The notes under the pieces were generated by a model, which was not told where the DNA came from, did not search any database, and worked only from the letters and a program-made list of their open reading frames with translations. From Haliotis cracherodii (Eukaryota), in assembly GCF_022045235.1 (NCBI RefSeq), contig NW_027266319.1, forward strand, positions 55,986,001-56,050,000: a stretch of DNA of 64,000 bases, written 5' to 3'. The position numbers and the translations under genes are program-made. This document shows, one piece after another, positions 51,480 to 64,000 of the stretch. The number at the start of each line of letters is the position of its first letter. Positions within the stretch are counted from its first letter, which is position 1.

Positions 51480-53520
51480 ATTCATTCTGGAATTAAGAAA
51501 GGGCTACCGAACATCAAGTAATGTATTTGTTCATAAAATATTTATTTAATAGTTTCAACAAAATGTAAAAAGAAAAAAGTATACACTTGCTTTGTAGACT
51601 TTCAAAAGGCCTTTGATTCCGTTGACAGAGCACTACCCCTAACAAGTCTATTTCAAATAAAAAGTCAGGAAATAGCTCTTAAAAAGTGAAAATTGACGAG
51701 GGCATTTAACAATCCTTTAAATCCAACATCGGCATAAAACATGGGTGAATTTTGTCTTCCACATTATTTGATATATTCCTCAATGATCGTCCACCACATA
51801 TCAAACAGGAAAATAAAAAAATAACACTTAATGTTTTAAACATTTGTCATTTGTTGTTTGCCGATGACTTCATACTATTTGTCACTTCCAAAACATCTGC
51901 ATGAGTTATTTGATGGGCTAAGAGTATTTATTTTAACAAATAACCAAAAGATTAAAGGTGAAAAAACAAATGTTGCAGTGTTTGGCAAATCAAGTAAAAT
52001 AGAAGAAACGAATACTTGGACCGTGGTTGGTACAAAAATTCTAGTTATGGATAGATATAATTATTTATGAATAACATTTGAAGCAAATGGTAAACAAAAT
52101 AATAGCGCCAAACATACCTTGAAAGAGGGCTTAGGTCCTACCATAAGCTTCAGTCTACCAATAAACTACTCTGGGGTATAGAAGCAATCCCCCTAGTCTG
52201 AACAACTTTGATTAATTAATCCCCGAGAAACTGCTGCGCATATGTTGTAAATCCATGTTAGGTGTCAACAAAACAACACACAATTGGGCAAGGCGAGCAG
52301 AACTAGGATTCTATACTCTTTATGTACACAGTACTAATATAAATTACGAAATGATATCACTATGTTGGTTCTTCAACATAGTGAAATTCTGGTTCTGGGA
52401 TGGGAAAACCAACTCAATCTATTCTCAGAAAAACAAAATATGTAAGTCTTTCAAAGAGACAATAAAGTCTAAATTCCACTCCCTCTTCAAGTGAGTTGGG
52501 TTTCACGCCGCTTTGAACAATATTCCAGTTATATCACGGTGTGTCAGTTCTATGTGAGAGTGAGTGAGTATGGTTTTACGCCGCTTTTATTAATATTCCA
52601 GCAACATCACGGTGGGGGACACCAGAAATGGGCTTCACACATTGTGCCCATGTCGGGATTCGAACTAGGGTCTTCGGCGTGACGAACTAAGGCTTTAAAG
52701 ACTAGGCTACCCGACCGCCTCGTTCCATGTGAGAGGAAAGCCCGAAGTGATGCAGGTGTCAGACGTCAACCACTTCGGTGAAACCCACGAGCACGGTTGT
52801 CGTACTGACAAAATCTAGAAACATAATCGGGGCGAACCGGAATTCGAACCCACGATCATAGATTTCTGGCGTGCCCAAGGGACGCTCATTCCGGCACAGC
52901 GAATTGCTGCGCCTCGGACGACTGAGCCAACCATGCCCCAAAAGGCGCAAGAAAAAACTGAGGACATTCAGGACAGTTAAAAATGAAATAAAATTAGAAT
53001 CCTATTTCAGTCACTGTAAAATAAGAAAATATCGAGTGCACTTTTCTAAACTAAGAGTAAGTAACCATAAATTAACTATAGAACTTGGAAGACATACAAA
53101 GCCACCCTACCCACAACATCAGAAACTATGTCGTACATGTTCAACCATTGATGAGGAAAAACACTTTATTGTACCAAACACACAAAAGAAAGAAATATAC
53201 TATTTGGAAAAGTATCCACACAAAATGTAAATGTCCACAATAATGAAAACATATTATTTCACCACATCCTCTCAAATATTGAGCCATCAACATCAACTGC
53301 ATATGTTTCAAATGGATGATGTCAAGCAATAGATTCCTCTTGATCAACCTATGACATCATCAAATCTGTACTGTTGATATTTTCTATACATTAAATCATT
53401 TCTTTGTGTTTTCAGGTATGTATGTCTGTCTGTATATGTGTATGTATGTAATGAATGAAGTGTGTTTTTTTCGGGAAAGGAATGTTTTCTGCAATGAATA
53501 TCCTTTCAGATACAAATAAA
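51480..53520 (+). mobile_element. Decayed LINE RT (RTE-X-like), interrupted by nested SINEs
   Basis: YTCFVDFQKAFDSVDR, HLLFADD and SKLRVSNHKLTIELGRHTKP...LCRTC motifs with stops and frameshifts. Confidence 0.75.
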
Positions 53521-53534
53521 TCAGATCAAGAAAC

Positions 53535-54805
53535 GGTTACATCCCATTAGTGAGACATCCCATTAGTGAGACACCCATTGTAAGACAGTGGAGTAGGTGG
53601 GATTAATTAGCTAACACAGCCAGTCTACCCACTTAACAATGGTCACAGCCCATGATTAGCGGATTAATTAATAAGAGTAGGCCAGTAATTCTGTTTGAAT
53701 ATTCTCAGGAAATAACTTAGTTAGGAGCTAGTAGGAGCTTACTAAAAATGTTGAGATGCATGTTTTGATAAAACTTACTTATTACACATATAAATGCCCC
53801 CTAGTCAGTGAACATTTCATGCACAATCATGGCAGGTTTGCAGCAGGTTGAGATCATTACCAGTCAAAGAGGTACTCTCCAGGTCCTCTTTCAGGGATAT
53901 CTCCACTACAAGAACAAAGTAAGATAAACTGGTACTCATTGGCGATGTGCCGTTAAGACCTGCATTGGCAAATGTACAACAGTTGGAAATTTTGTTAGAA
54001 ATTTCACTGTACACAACCACCCAACAGAAGACACCAGCAGAATCAAGTTCCTTGGCAGCTTAAGAAAGAGAGCAAGAGAAGAACCAACCACTCCTATGCC
54101 AGCCCTCTACAACGACGAGGTCTTGAGACATGATCCGGACGCTGCAGCTATATTTCCCTCCCTCAGCTCAGTCGGCAGCGCCATGTACAGACACCGCAGT
54201 CACACCATCCCGAAACTCCCTAAAACCAGAGCTGAAGTCGACATTGCAGCACCCTGGAGAGAGACCCATGATGGTGAGCGGTTTCTGCTTTTTGCCGACG
54301 GTGAAGAAGACAAGATGCTGGTATTTGCAACTGATGATCAGCTTAGAGTCCTCCAGTCCGCTTCCATTGTCTACATGGATGGTACTTTCTCCGCCTGCCC
54401 AGATCTTTGGAATCAGCTTTACATACTGCATGCACGGAAAGGAAGCATTACCTATTCCCTAGTCTACGCATTGATGCCTGATCGTCGGACTACAACTTAC
54501 CAACGCCTCTTTGCTCAGTTGAAGGTCCACATCCAACAACTACTGAACCAACCATTCAACCCAGAGACATTCCAGGTGGACTTTAACTGGATTTTAATGG
54601 ATTTTAAGGGATGGATGAATTAAAATGTTGAATTAAATAAAGTAAAAGAGGGTATCAAACATCTTGAGTCATTTCTTTTGTCTAAAATAAGACAAGTCCA
54701 TTTTCATGATAGGGGTTAATTACCTGATTAACATGTGCAACCAGGTATGACCTTGTTGTTTTAAGGTGTCTCACAACTGGGCTGTCTTACTAATGGGAGG
54801 AGACC
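53535..54805 (+). mobile_element. Internally deleted MULE (Mutator-like) DNA transposon; transposase fragment at about 54096-54590
   Basis: ORF contains MLVFAT...IVYMDGTFSACPDLWNQLYILH...LVYALMPDRRTTTYQRLF...FQVDF (first two catalytic Asp motifs, then truncated). Inverted ends ggttacatcccattagtgagaca / tgtcttactaatgggaggagacc. Confidence 0.8.
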
Positions 54806-55599
54806 CATGAGGTTATGAAACAAATATATCCATTACAGTCCCTTCCAAGTCTATGGTATTTAGCAAGTCTAGATTGCTGCAGTATCAGGGTTTGTACAAA
54901 TCTGCTGAATTCACAGGCCTTTTAATCATCAGTTAATCTCCAGCTGGTATTAGTGACACCACACCAAGACCTCCTGCTCTTCCCCCTGCCACTCGAGCAC
55001 TGGCCAGACATGTGTGATTTTGGAGACCTGGTGACATATACGATCTTTGTATTTTCTTTACTTTTTGAATTGGTTGGCATTTCCGGTTAAAATTAATAGG
55101 AACATTGATGACTTAATTGCTTTATCACCAAAGAAAGCAAATATACAGAGCAATCCGTCTTCGGTTCCATTTGATTGATATAAAAAAATAACAGTCTTTT
55201 CAAATGACTTCACAAGTTGGCTTAAAATATTGTCCACTCAAGTTGCCTCGCATAGACATGTTCGACACACGTTATGTGAAGAACATTCTCGATGTACTGC
55301 TCTTTGAAAACTTTGCAGTCAGAAGAAATGTCTCTATCTTAGAACTTCCAATAAAAACGTATATTCTGTTCGATGCTACATAAAGCAAACTGCCATACAA
55401 CAATCAAGTCTCGTTAATCCGACAATCGGCTTTATCCGACACTAATGATGGGAACCGATTAAATCAGTGCTATTTAGACCCGTTAATCCGACAGTCTCGC
55501 ATTCCGACTCCGACACACCTAATTTGCAACGAATCACCGAAATCACTCATTAATCAGTCTCGTTAATGCGACACAGTGAATAGCTTACTCCGTGGTCAT

Positions 55600-57420
55600 C
55601 TGCCATTTACTTCTATTTTAAGTGAAAGAATTAATAATTATCTAGAAAATAATAATTTGTTATCAGAATCACAAGGAGGATTACGATACGGATATTCTAC
55701 TGTTGATTACATGTTCGTATTGCACTCCCTCACTGAATACCTCAGGACACACAAAAAGAAACAGTATTGTACATTTATAGATTTCTCTAAGGCCTTCGAT
55801 AACGTTTGGTGCTTTGGACCCTGGCAAAAATTAATAAAAACAAATGTACAAGGTAAACGTTTCGAGATCATATTTAACATGTATCAAGGCATACAGTCGT
55901 ATGAAAATTCATCGTTTTTCTCTAGTAATATCGGAGTTAGACAGGGGGAAAATCCATCGCGAATTCTCTTTGCCCTGTACCTAAATGACCTTGAAGAATA
56001 TCTAAAACAGAAAATATGTAAAGGTATTGATGTTATATCGGAAGATGAAGTAGTTAGATGATACTATTATACTTTCAGATAACCCCTGTGACCTTAGAGA
56101 AAAATAATATGAATGGGTTTTTTTATGAATATTGAAAACAATGGAAGTTGAATATTAATAAAACTAAGCTCGTTGTATTCTGACCAAGAAAGAACAATAA
56201 TGTGTTTAGGATAGGCGATAATGTTGTTGTAGTAGTAGATAAATATAAGTACTTGGGTCTGGTTTTTAAACGAAATGGAAATTTCCTAGCAGCCAAAATG
56301 TCGTTAGTGGCTCAAGCTAGAAAAGCTATGCACTTATTATATATTAGAATATGTAATCTTGACTTGCCAATAGACTGCCAGCTATTATTATTTGATCAAA
56401 CAATCGTACCTATATTAACATATGGTTCCGAAATTTGGGGATTTGGTAAACTAGATATGATAGAAAAGGTTCACACAGATTTCTTAATATATATACTAAG
56501 GGTAAAAAAAACACACCCCACTATTTTTTATATTGTGAGCTGGGAATAACCCCTATAACGGATTTAATTAAACAAAGAATGGTGACATATTGGTCTAAGA
56601 TAACTTATAATAAACCAACGAAATTGTGTACTGTTATGTATAATGTATTATTTGCAGACTCCTGTAACCATAAATAAAGACTATTCGATGGATTAGGCCT
56701 TAGCTTTACACGGACCCAACAATTCATGCCAAATCTAAACGGACTAAAATATGCTATTAAACAACTATCTTTGATCAGATTATCCAGACGTGGACAAGTT
56801 ATGTAAACAACTCTCCCAAGGCAGTATTTTACCGAATATTTAAACATAAACTCCAGTTAGAAAATCATCTGCTGTCGCTACCCTGAAGACTCAGTATCCC
56901 GATTACTAAAATAAGATCCACAAACCATAGATTACCAATAGAAAAGGGGCGATGGGAAAATATACCGCGGGAAGAATTTGTAGTCACTGTAATAAACATG
57001 ACTTAGGTGACGAATATCACTATCTACTAATATGTCCTTTTCTGCATAACTTGCGTAAGTCATATCTTCAAAAGAAGTATTTTACAAGACCTAGTTCGAT
57101 ACTACTTGATATGTTACTCAATACTGAAAGTTTACCTGAACAAAGAAAACTAGCACAGTTTGTAAAAGAAATCCTCAAGATGCTTAATTAAATGTATGAG
57201 TGTGTTGCAGTTAAACGTATAGTCTCCTGCCTCCTGTCACCATACATCTCCATTTGTACCTTCAATATGTCATAGCTATGACCTTGAAGCGAAATATACG
57301 TTTGTTGTTGTTGTGTTGGTGTTGCCCGCGAGTACACAGCCTTGTGTTTTGATGCGAGACGAGTCCGCGAGTAGCTGCATATTTCAACGGCTGCAGAGAT
57401 AAACTTGCTCAACAATAAAC
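55600..57420 (+). mobile_element. 5'-truncated decayed LINE (RT domain plus C-terminal Cys/His motif, RTE-X-like)
   Basis: LLSESQGGLR, CTFIDFSKAFDNVW, GVRQGENPSRILFALYLNDL, KYKYLGL and RICSHCNKHDLGDEYHYLLICP motifs across three broken ORFs. Confidence 0.85.
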
Positions 57421-58109
57421 AATTACTGCTTTGAAAAAACAAAACAGGATTAATCACATACCTAGATTACCTCAATCTCATAAAATCGGATACAAGTTCT
57501 CGCTACCACTGAGGACATCCCATTACAAGTATAGTGCAAACCGTAAATAACTTTGAAATCGTTGTCGGATTTTTTGAGAGATTTCTGGACATTAGACACT
57601 TAGCCTCTCTCAACTGCCCACGACTGACAGTGAGAGTGTGTGTGTTTGGGGAGAGGCGGTAGCGTCAGTAAATATTCCTGTCAGACACACTTTCAGTGGC
57701 CTGTCAGTGATTGGTGATAGCATTCTTTACGTGTGTTTTGAATTTACAGGCAATTATAGCTCTACAGATTTGTTTAGTCTCTGAAAATGAAGAGAGTATT
57801 TGTTATTAATATATTTCATAACTAATATTTAACAACTGGTTTTATCTATAAAATATGTTAATTTCAGAGACAAGATGTTCGTCTAAGACATAGCATGTCG
57901 TCATTGTTACGGTTTGTGGCTGTTTTAGTTTTGAGGCACACTCACCAAGAAAGGGTGATGACCAACAGTAACACACCGAGACACCAACCAATTCCAGATG
58001 GGAAACGAAGAGATTGTATAAGAAGATATGAAGATAATATGGAGTAAAAGATATAGCAGAATCGCTGCAAACCCCCCATCCCCACTCCTCAGCCCCAACC
58101 CCCCCGAGA

Positions 58110-59880
58110 GGTAAGCTATATAGTTTTCACCAGGTGGTATAGAGCGACTCCTTTTACGTTAATTTAAGCATGAATGGTTAAGGAATTAGAAAATATTATT
58201 TCCAAAACGTATTTTAAACTATTTCCATGCGAAATATGCGAGGCTCCCAGATGTGCTACTAAGTTTTCAGGCTTTTTCCATAGGGACGTTTGCATAGACA
58301 ACCCCCTGTGTTAAAGGGAAGCTTTATAGTTTCCAGTAGGGGGTATAGAGCGACTCATTGTAAGTAATGATATGCCTTAATGGTTAAGGAATGAGATAAT
58401 AATATTTCAAACCCGTATTTTAAACTATTTTCATGCGAAAAATGCGAGGCTCCCAGATGTGCCACTAAGTTTTCAGGCTTTTTCCAAAGGGACGTTTGTA
58501 TAGACAACCCCCAGTGGTAAAGGGAAGCAATATAGTTTTTAAAAAAACATATAGAGCGACTGTTTTAAAGTAATTGTATGCCTAAATGGTTCAGGAAAGA
58601 GATAATAATATTTCAAACACGTATTTTAAACTATTTCCAAGCGAAACATGCGAGGCTCCCAGATGTGCCACTAAGTTTTCAGGCTTTTTCCATAGGGACG
58701 TTTGTATAGACGACCCCCTGTGTTAAAGGGAAGCTATATAGTTTCCTAGACAGGATATAGATCTACACCTTTTACTTCATTTTATGCTTAAATGGTTAAG
58801 TAAAGAGATGATAATATTTCAAACCCGTATTTTAAACTATTTTCATCCGAAAAATGCGAGGCTCCCAGATGTGCCACTAAGTTTTCAAGCTATTTCCATA
58901 GGGACGTTTGTATAGACAACCCCCTGTAGTAAAAGGAAGCTATATGGTTTCCGAGACAGGATATAGAGCTACACCTTTTACTTCATTTTATGCCTAAATG
59001 GTTAAGTAAAAATATAATAATATTTCAAACACGTATATTAAAATATTTCCAAGCGAAAAATGCGAGGCTCCCAGATGTGCCTCAGTGGTTCGGGAAAGAG
59101 AAAATAATATTTCAAACACGTATTTTAATCTATTTCCATGCGAAACATGCGAGGCTCCCAGATGTGCCACTAAGTTTTCAACCTTTTTCCATAGGGACGT
59201 TTGTATAGACAACACTCTGTGGTAAAGGGAAGCAATATAGTTTTCAAAAAAGGATATAGAGCGACTGTTTTAAAGTTATTGTATGCCTAAATGGTTCAGG
59301 AAAGAAAAAATAATATTTCAAACCCGTATTTTCAACTATTTCCATGTGAAAAATGCGAGGCTCCCAGATGTGCTACTAAGTTTTCAGGCTATTTCCATAG
59401 GCACGTTTGTTTAGATAACCTCCCGTGTTTGAGGGAGACTATATAGTTTCCAGGAGGGGGTATAGAGCGACTCCTTTTAAGTAATGTTATGCCTAAATGG
59501 GTAAGGAATGAGATAATAATATTTCAAACACGTATTTTCAACTATTTCCATGCAAAAAATGCGAAGCTCCCAGATGTGCCACTAAGTTTTCAGGCTATTT
59601 CCATTCGGACGTTTGCATAGACAACCTCCCGTGTTAAAGGGAAGCTATATAGTTTCCAAAACGGAGTAAAGAGAGACTATTTTAAAGTAATTGTATGCCT
59701 AAATGGTTCAGGAAAGAGAAAACAATATTTCAAACCCGTATTTTCAACTATTTCCATGCGAAACATGCGAGGCTCCCAGATGCGCCACGAAGTTTTCAGG
59801 CTATTTCCATAGTGACGTTTGGATAGAGAAAACCCCGTGTTAAAGGAAAGACATATAGTTTCCGAGAGAGGTTATAGATC
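58110..59880 (-). repeat. Second block of the ~206-bp satellite in inverted orientation (about 8-9 monomers)
   Basis: Repeated tgcgaggctcccagatgtgccactaagttttcaggc, the reverse complement of the 44-50 kb core. Confidence 0.95.
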
Positions 59881-61667
59881 GAAATGAATAACAACATGCA
59901 GATCAATTTTACAGGTTGGGAGTTATGCAAATGAAGCATATGACGTGACTGTAATTGTAACTGTAGACGTAACTGTAAGATAATCGTGTTTACCCTTGGA
60001 AATATATTTCTTTACCACTGTGTTGTATTTAACTTAGATTTTATGGTAATGTTGCAGTCATGTTTCATGTGTTGTTTCCAATGAAACTTTGATAATTGGT
60101 CACATTACATAACATTTGTAAAAGACGGGCATACAAAAGAACTACACAAAGGTCAAACTACTGATCCTTTAAATCCTATAGTAGCTTCACACGATGTTAT
60201 GCTCAGTTGGTTTGTAAGATTATTTGATGAGAAACAAATTCATTATAACACAAGAACACAATGACAAAAATCTTTACTATCTATATGGCTACTTTACCTG
60301 TTTCATTTGGCACGCTTGGTGATATAATAGGTGGAACTAATTGAAGATCATATTGTATAATGTAAATGCATTCCCAGTCGGAAGTAAAGAAAGTAAAGAC
60401 AGCTTCGAGATTAATTATCCTGCCGTCCTTGTCTTAATGAGTTAGGAGGTGGGAGATTTGTTCATGTGGACCTTCACTGAAGGAATTTCTTCTTCTTACA
60501 GACCCTGATACAAATATATATCAAATACAGCCCATGCAAGTCTATAATGTTTGGCAAGTCTAGATCACTGCAGTATCAGGGCCTGTACAAATCTGCTGAA
60601 TTCACAAGCGAGCACAGAACTTGTAATTCTCAGTCAATCTCTAGCTGTCATTAGTGTTTAGTATTAGGATGTGGCGAACCTCACACCCCACTCCCCAAGA
60701 CCCCACACTGAGACAAGACCTCTCGCTCCCGCTCCGGCCCTGCCAACTCACTCTGGCTAGAGAACCTGTGGGATTATATTGGAGACTTAGTGACATATAT
60801 AAATTCTAGTTTCTTAACTTGTTTCATTGTTACCCTGGTGTGTAGAGAGGAGGATTTCTAAAGGTTTTACATTGCTGTGTAAGAATTGCTTATATTCTTT
60901 TCTGCTTGTAAGAATGAATAGGAACATGGATGAGCTTATTGCTTCATCACTGATGAAACCAAACAGAGCATACATCCAAATCAAAAGACAGTCATTGAAG
61001 GTATTTACATGGTAAAGATGTGTTGTTTAGCTCTCCAACCGGGAGTGGTAAATCGTTGACATTTGAACTTTCTCCCTATTTATACAAGGCAGTAGAAAAC
61101 AGAAGCCATGCTACTGTCATTGTTGTGTCACTCTTGATCCCACTTATGAAGTAACAAACTGAGAAATGTGTGCCAAAAGGACTCATACTGTGTACCTGAA
61201 TGATGTCGCACAGAAGGCAACACTGACGAATGATGACAGTCTTGTAGAGAAATTGACTGTCGATGACATAAGGGATGGATAAGGTCAAGTTGTTTAGCCA
61301 TGGGAATCACACTAAATGCTGTCCCTAAGCTGGTACCTAAGCTTGCTCTCAAAATAGATTTCTGAACATTTGATACTTTCTGCCCTCAAAACTGCACCCC
61401 CTGCTTCCACTGGGAGGGTGTGTGTTGGGGGAGAGGTGGTGGGGGCAATAAATTTCCCTGTCAAACACACTTTCAATGGCATGCCAGTGATGGGTGATAG
61501 GATCCTTTACACTTGTTGTAAAATTCCAAGAAATTATAGCTCTACAGATTTGTTTAGTCACTGAAAATGAAGAGAGTCACTGGGCTCCTTTTTATTATAT
61601 TTTACGATAATTGAACCACTTTTTTTGTGAACGATATGTTCATTTCAGAGACTATATGTTAGTCTAG

Positions 61668-62756
61668 TTCCGGGACCGCGCTGCAGTTTATTTGGAGATG
61701 TGGTATCAGATTACAAAAGTGCTGTCATCATTTGGCCTTGGATGTGTCGACGAGAGACTGGCGNNNNNNNNNNNNNNNNNNNNNNNNNNNNNNNNNNNNN
61801 NNNNNNNNNNNNNNNNNNNNNNNNNNNNNNNNNNNNNNNNNNNNNNNNNNNNNNNNNNNNNNNNNNNNNNNNNNNNNNNNNNNNNNNNNNNNNNNNNNNN
61901 NNNNNNNNNNNNNNNNNNNNNNNNNNNNNNNNNNNNNACAATAAAAACGCATAATTGAATTCAAAAGAAAAACACTGGAACATGCATGCTGAAACAGAGC
62001 AGTGAACTAAAATGTAAAACTCTAGGTGGCTAGAGGGGTTGGTTCCGGGACCGCGCTGCAGTTTATTTGGAGATGTGGTATCAGATTACAAAAGTGCTGT
62101 CATCATTTGGCCTTGGATGTGTCGACGAGAGACTGGCGNNNNNNNNNNNNNNNNNNNNNNNNNNNNNNNNNNNNNNNNNNNNNNNNNNNNNNNNNNNNNN
62201 NNNNNNNNNNNNNNNNNNNNNNNNNNNNNNNNNNNNNNNNNNNNNNNNNNNNNNNNNNNNNNNNNNNNNNNNNNNNNNNNNNNNACAATAAAAACGCATA
62301 ATTGAATTCAAAAGAAAAACACTGGAACATGCATGCTGAAACAGAGCAGTGAACTAAAATGTAAAACTCTAGGTGGCTAGAGGGGTTGGTTCCGGGACCG
62401 CGCTGCAGTTTATTTGGAGATGTGGTATCAGATTACAAAAGTGCTGTCATCATTTGGCCTTGGATGTGTCGACGAGAGACTGGCGNNNNNNNNNNNNNNN
62501 NNNNNNNNNNNNNNNNNNNNNNNNNNNNNNNNNNNNNNNNNNNNNNNNNNNNNNNNNNNNNNNNNNNNNNNNNNNNNNNNNNNNNNNNNNNNNNNNNNNN
62601 NNNNNNNNNNNNNNNNNNNNNNNNNNNNNNNNNNNNNNNNNNNNNNNNNACAATAAAAACGCATAATTGAATTCAAAAGAAAAACACTGGAACATGCATG
62701 CTGAAACAGAGCAGTGAACTAAAATGTAAAACTCTAGGTGGCTAGAGGGGTTGGTG
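61668..62756 (+). repeat. Three tandem copies of a ~350-375-bp unit, each with an internal N run
   Basis: Identical flanks ttccgggaccgcgctgcag...gagactggcg[N]acaataaaaacgc...ggctagaggggttgg repeated three times. Confidence 0.85.
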
Positions 62757-63334
62757 GTGGGGAAATTAAAGGAAACATTATTCAGGAGCTTTCAACTGTT
62801 TGGAGAATATTTTTAAAAGAGTTCAATTTAACTATATACCCTATATTTATTCTATATATAGGCTTTCTTTGTCAAACTCCTCTCACGGCAGCATTAGAAA
62901 TTGGCACTAGTCCTATAGTCCTTGCTAAATTGCCCAATGGTAAAGGTATCATTAGGACTAGTAGAAGTTGGCCTTTTTAAGGGTTTTGTTATATGCTATC
63001 ATCATAAGGACTAGTGGAGGAAAACTGATAGTTTCTAACCATGCACGGTATTTACTTTCGAAACAGGGTGTTATATACTACCTAAAAATAATGTAACATA
63101 TGAATAAGTTTAATATATGTGAATAAGTACTATAATAAGACACAAAAAATGTTATCAATGCTTTGGGAAAAGCCTGTGTAAGTCTATGTCTCCTGACCCC
63201 CGGTTCTATCAGATAAAGGACAGTCTCGCCACAACACAGCTGTTGCTGAAAGGGGATATAAACAATAACACAGAGATGTGGGTCAGCTCACTGGCACTTT
63301 TTACTGGCACATGTGCCGATCAGTGGCATGAGCC

Positions 63335-64000
63335 TTCAGCAAACCATAAGGCGACCATGCTTGTCGTAAGAAGCGACTAACGGGATCGGGTGGTTAGGCT
63401 CGCTGACTTGGTTGATGCATGTCATCGAATACCAATTGCGTGGAATTATTTTCATGATATTAATCACTGGATTGTCTGGTCCATACTCGATTATTTACAG
63501 ACCGCCGTCAAATAGCTGGAATATTGCTGAGTGCGGCGTTCAACAACAAACAAACAATTAAACATCATATACCTTTCTCATCTCATGATGATATTATTTG
63601 AATATATTTTTTTTTAAACTGCAAAAGATGTCAGTGTAGAACAATGTGAACATACATATGCTCATGTCATAACTCCTTTTGAGGAACTACCTTTGCTGGT
63701 AATGTTGTACGATTAAACAAACAACAAACAAAACAAATATTGTATATCAGATATACTTGATATGATATACATTTTGCTGATTATGTTGTTTTACGATTGC
63801 AGATCAATATTATGTTGAACGAGATGGTGGCAGTGAACACATTAGAAAACAGATACAAGCATTACATATTGGATCACCTGTTGTCTGAAATGACACCTGT
63901 AAAGACGTCTTTAATGAGCAAGACACAACAAAGGTGATTGTTATAATTATTTATTGAAACTATTGACTTGTGGGAACACTATTCAGGAATACATCCTCGA
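63335..64000 (-). other. 3' UTR end and 3' flank of a probable further A copy (A8) lying just beyond the window
   Basis: Near-identical to about 13370-14035, the 3' flank and UTR of minus-strand copy A4, including the polyA signal (TTTATT at 63950-63955). Confidence 0.8.

Noticed and set aside
60400-61660. Possible gene fragments; similar to 54840-55200 and 57640-57900
   Set aside because: No coherent ORF or recognisable domain. It looks like a decayed, unclassified dispersed repeat.
61692-62695. ORFs containing X runs
   Set aside because: Artefacts of translating through N runs.

Overview
AT-rich eukaryotic genomic DNA with spliceosomal introns, SINEs, LINE fragments and a satellite. It is probably molluscan, possibly a gastropod such as abalone; this is inferred from the repeat types and is not verified. 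The supplied ORF track misses the real genes because they are short and spliced. Positions 1-30 kb hold an array of seven copies (A1-A7, orientation - + + - + - +) of a 4-exon gene, built mostly by inverted duplications. Splicing by hand gives a 105-aa secreted precursor: signal peptide MRLFLVLLLVAIVSIPQSDA | cationic peptide WGRRRRRFVRWRTVGTIAKIGARVLL | GKR | acidic propeptide NVDNLDTNMDGTIDLSEAEALMDRRSAMELLSFSDENGDSSVSLEEFARSINNLEQ containing two EF-hand loops. A divergent paralog (gene B, minus strand, 34.3-38.5 kb) has the same exon/intron plan and encodes MRLLLVFLLLALVMLPDAEG | WRRRRLRRIIRRIVRHGYPVYV | GR | AADESEPGLDVEDDHDADMRRAPEEGEER. The 3' flank of a probable eighth A copy lies at the right edge. 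The best reading is an amplified cluster of candidate antimicrobial/host-defence peptide precursors, with signs of gene conversion, palindrome-centre deletions and gene loss. Positions 44-64 kb are repeat-dense: a ~206-bp satellite in two opposed blocks, a Kolobok-like TIR element, a MULE transposase fragment, decayed LINEs, nested SINEs and an N-interrupted tandem repeat.
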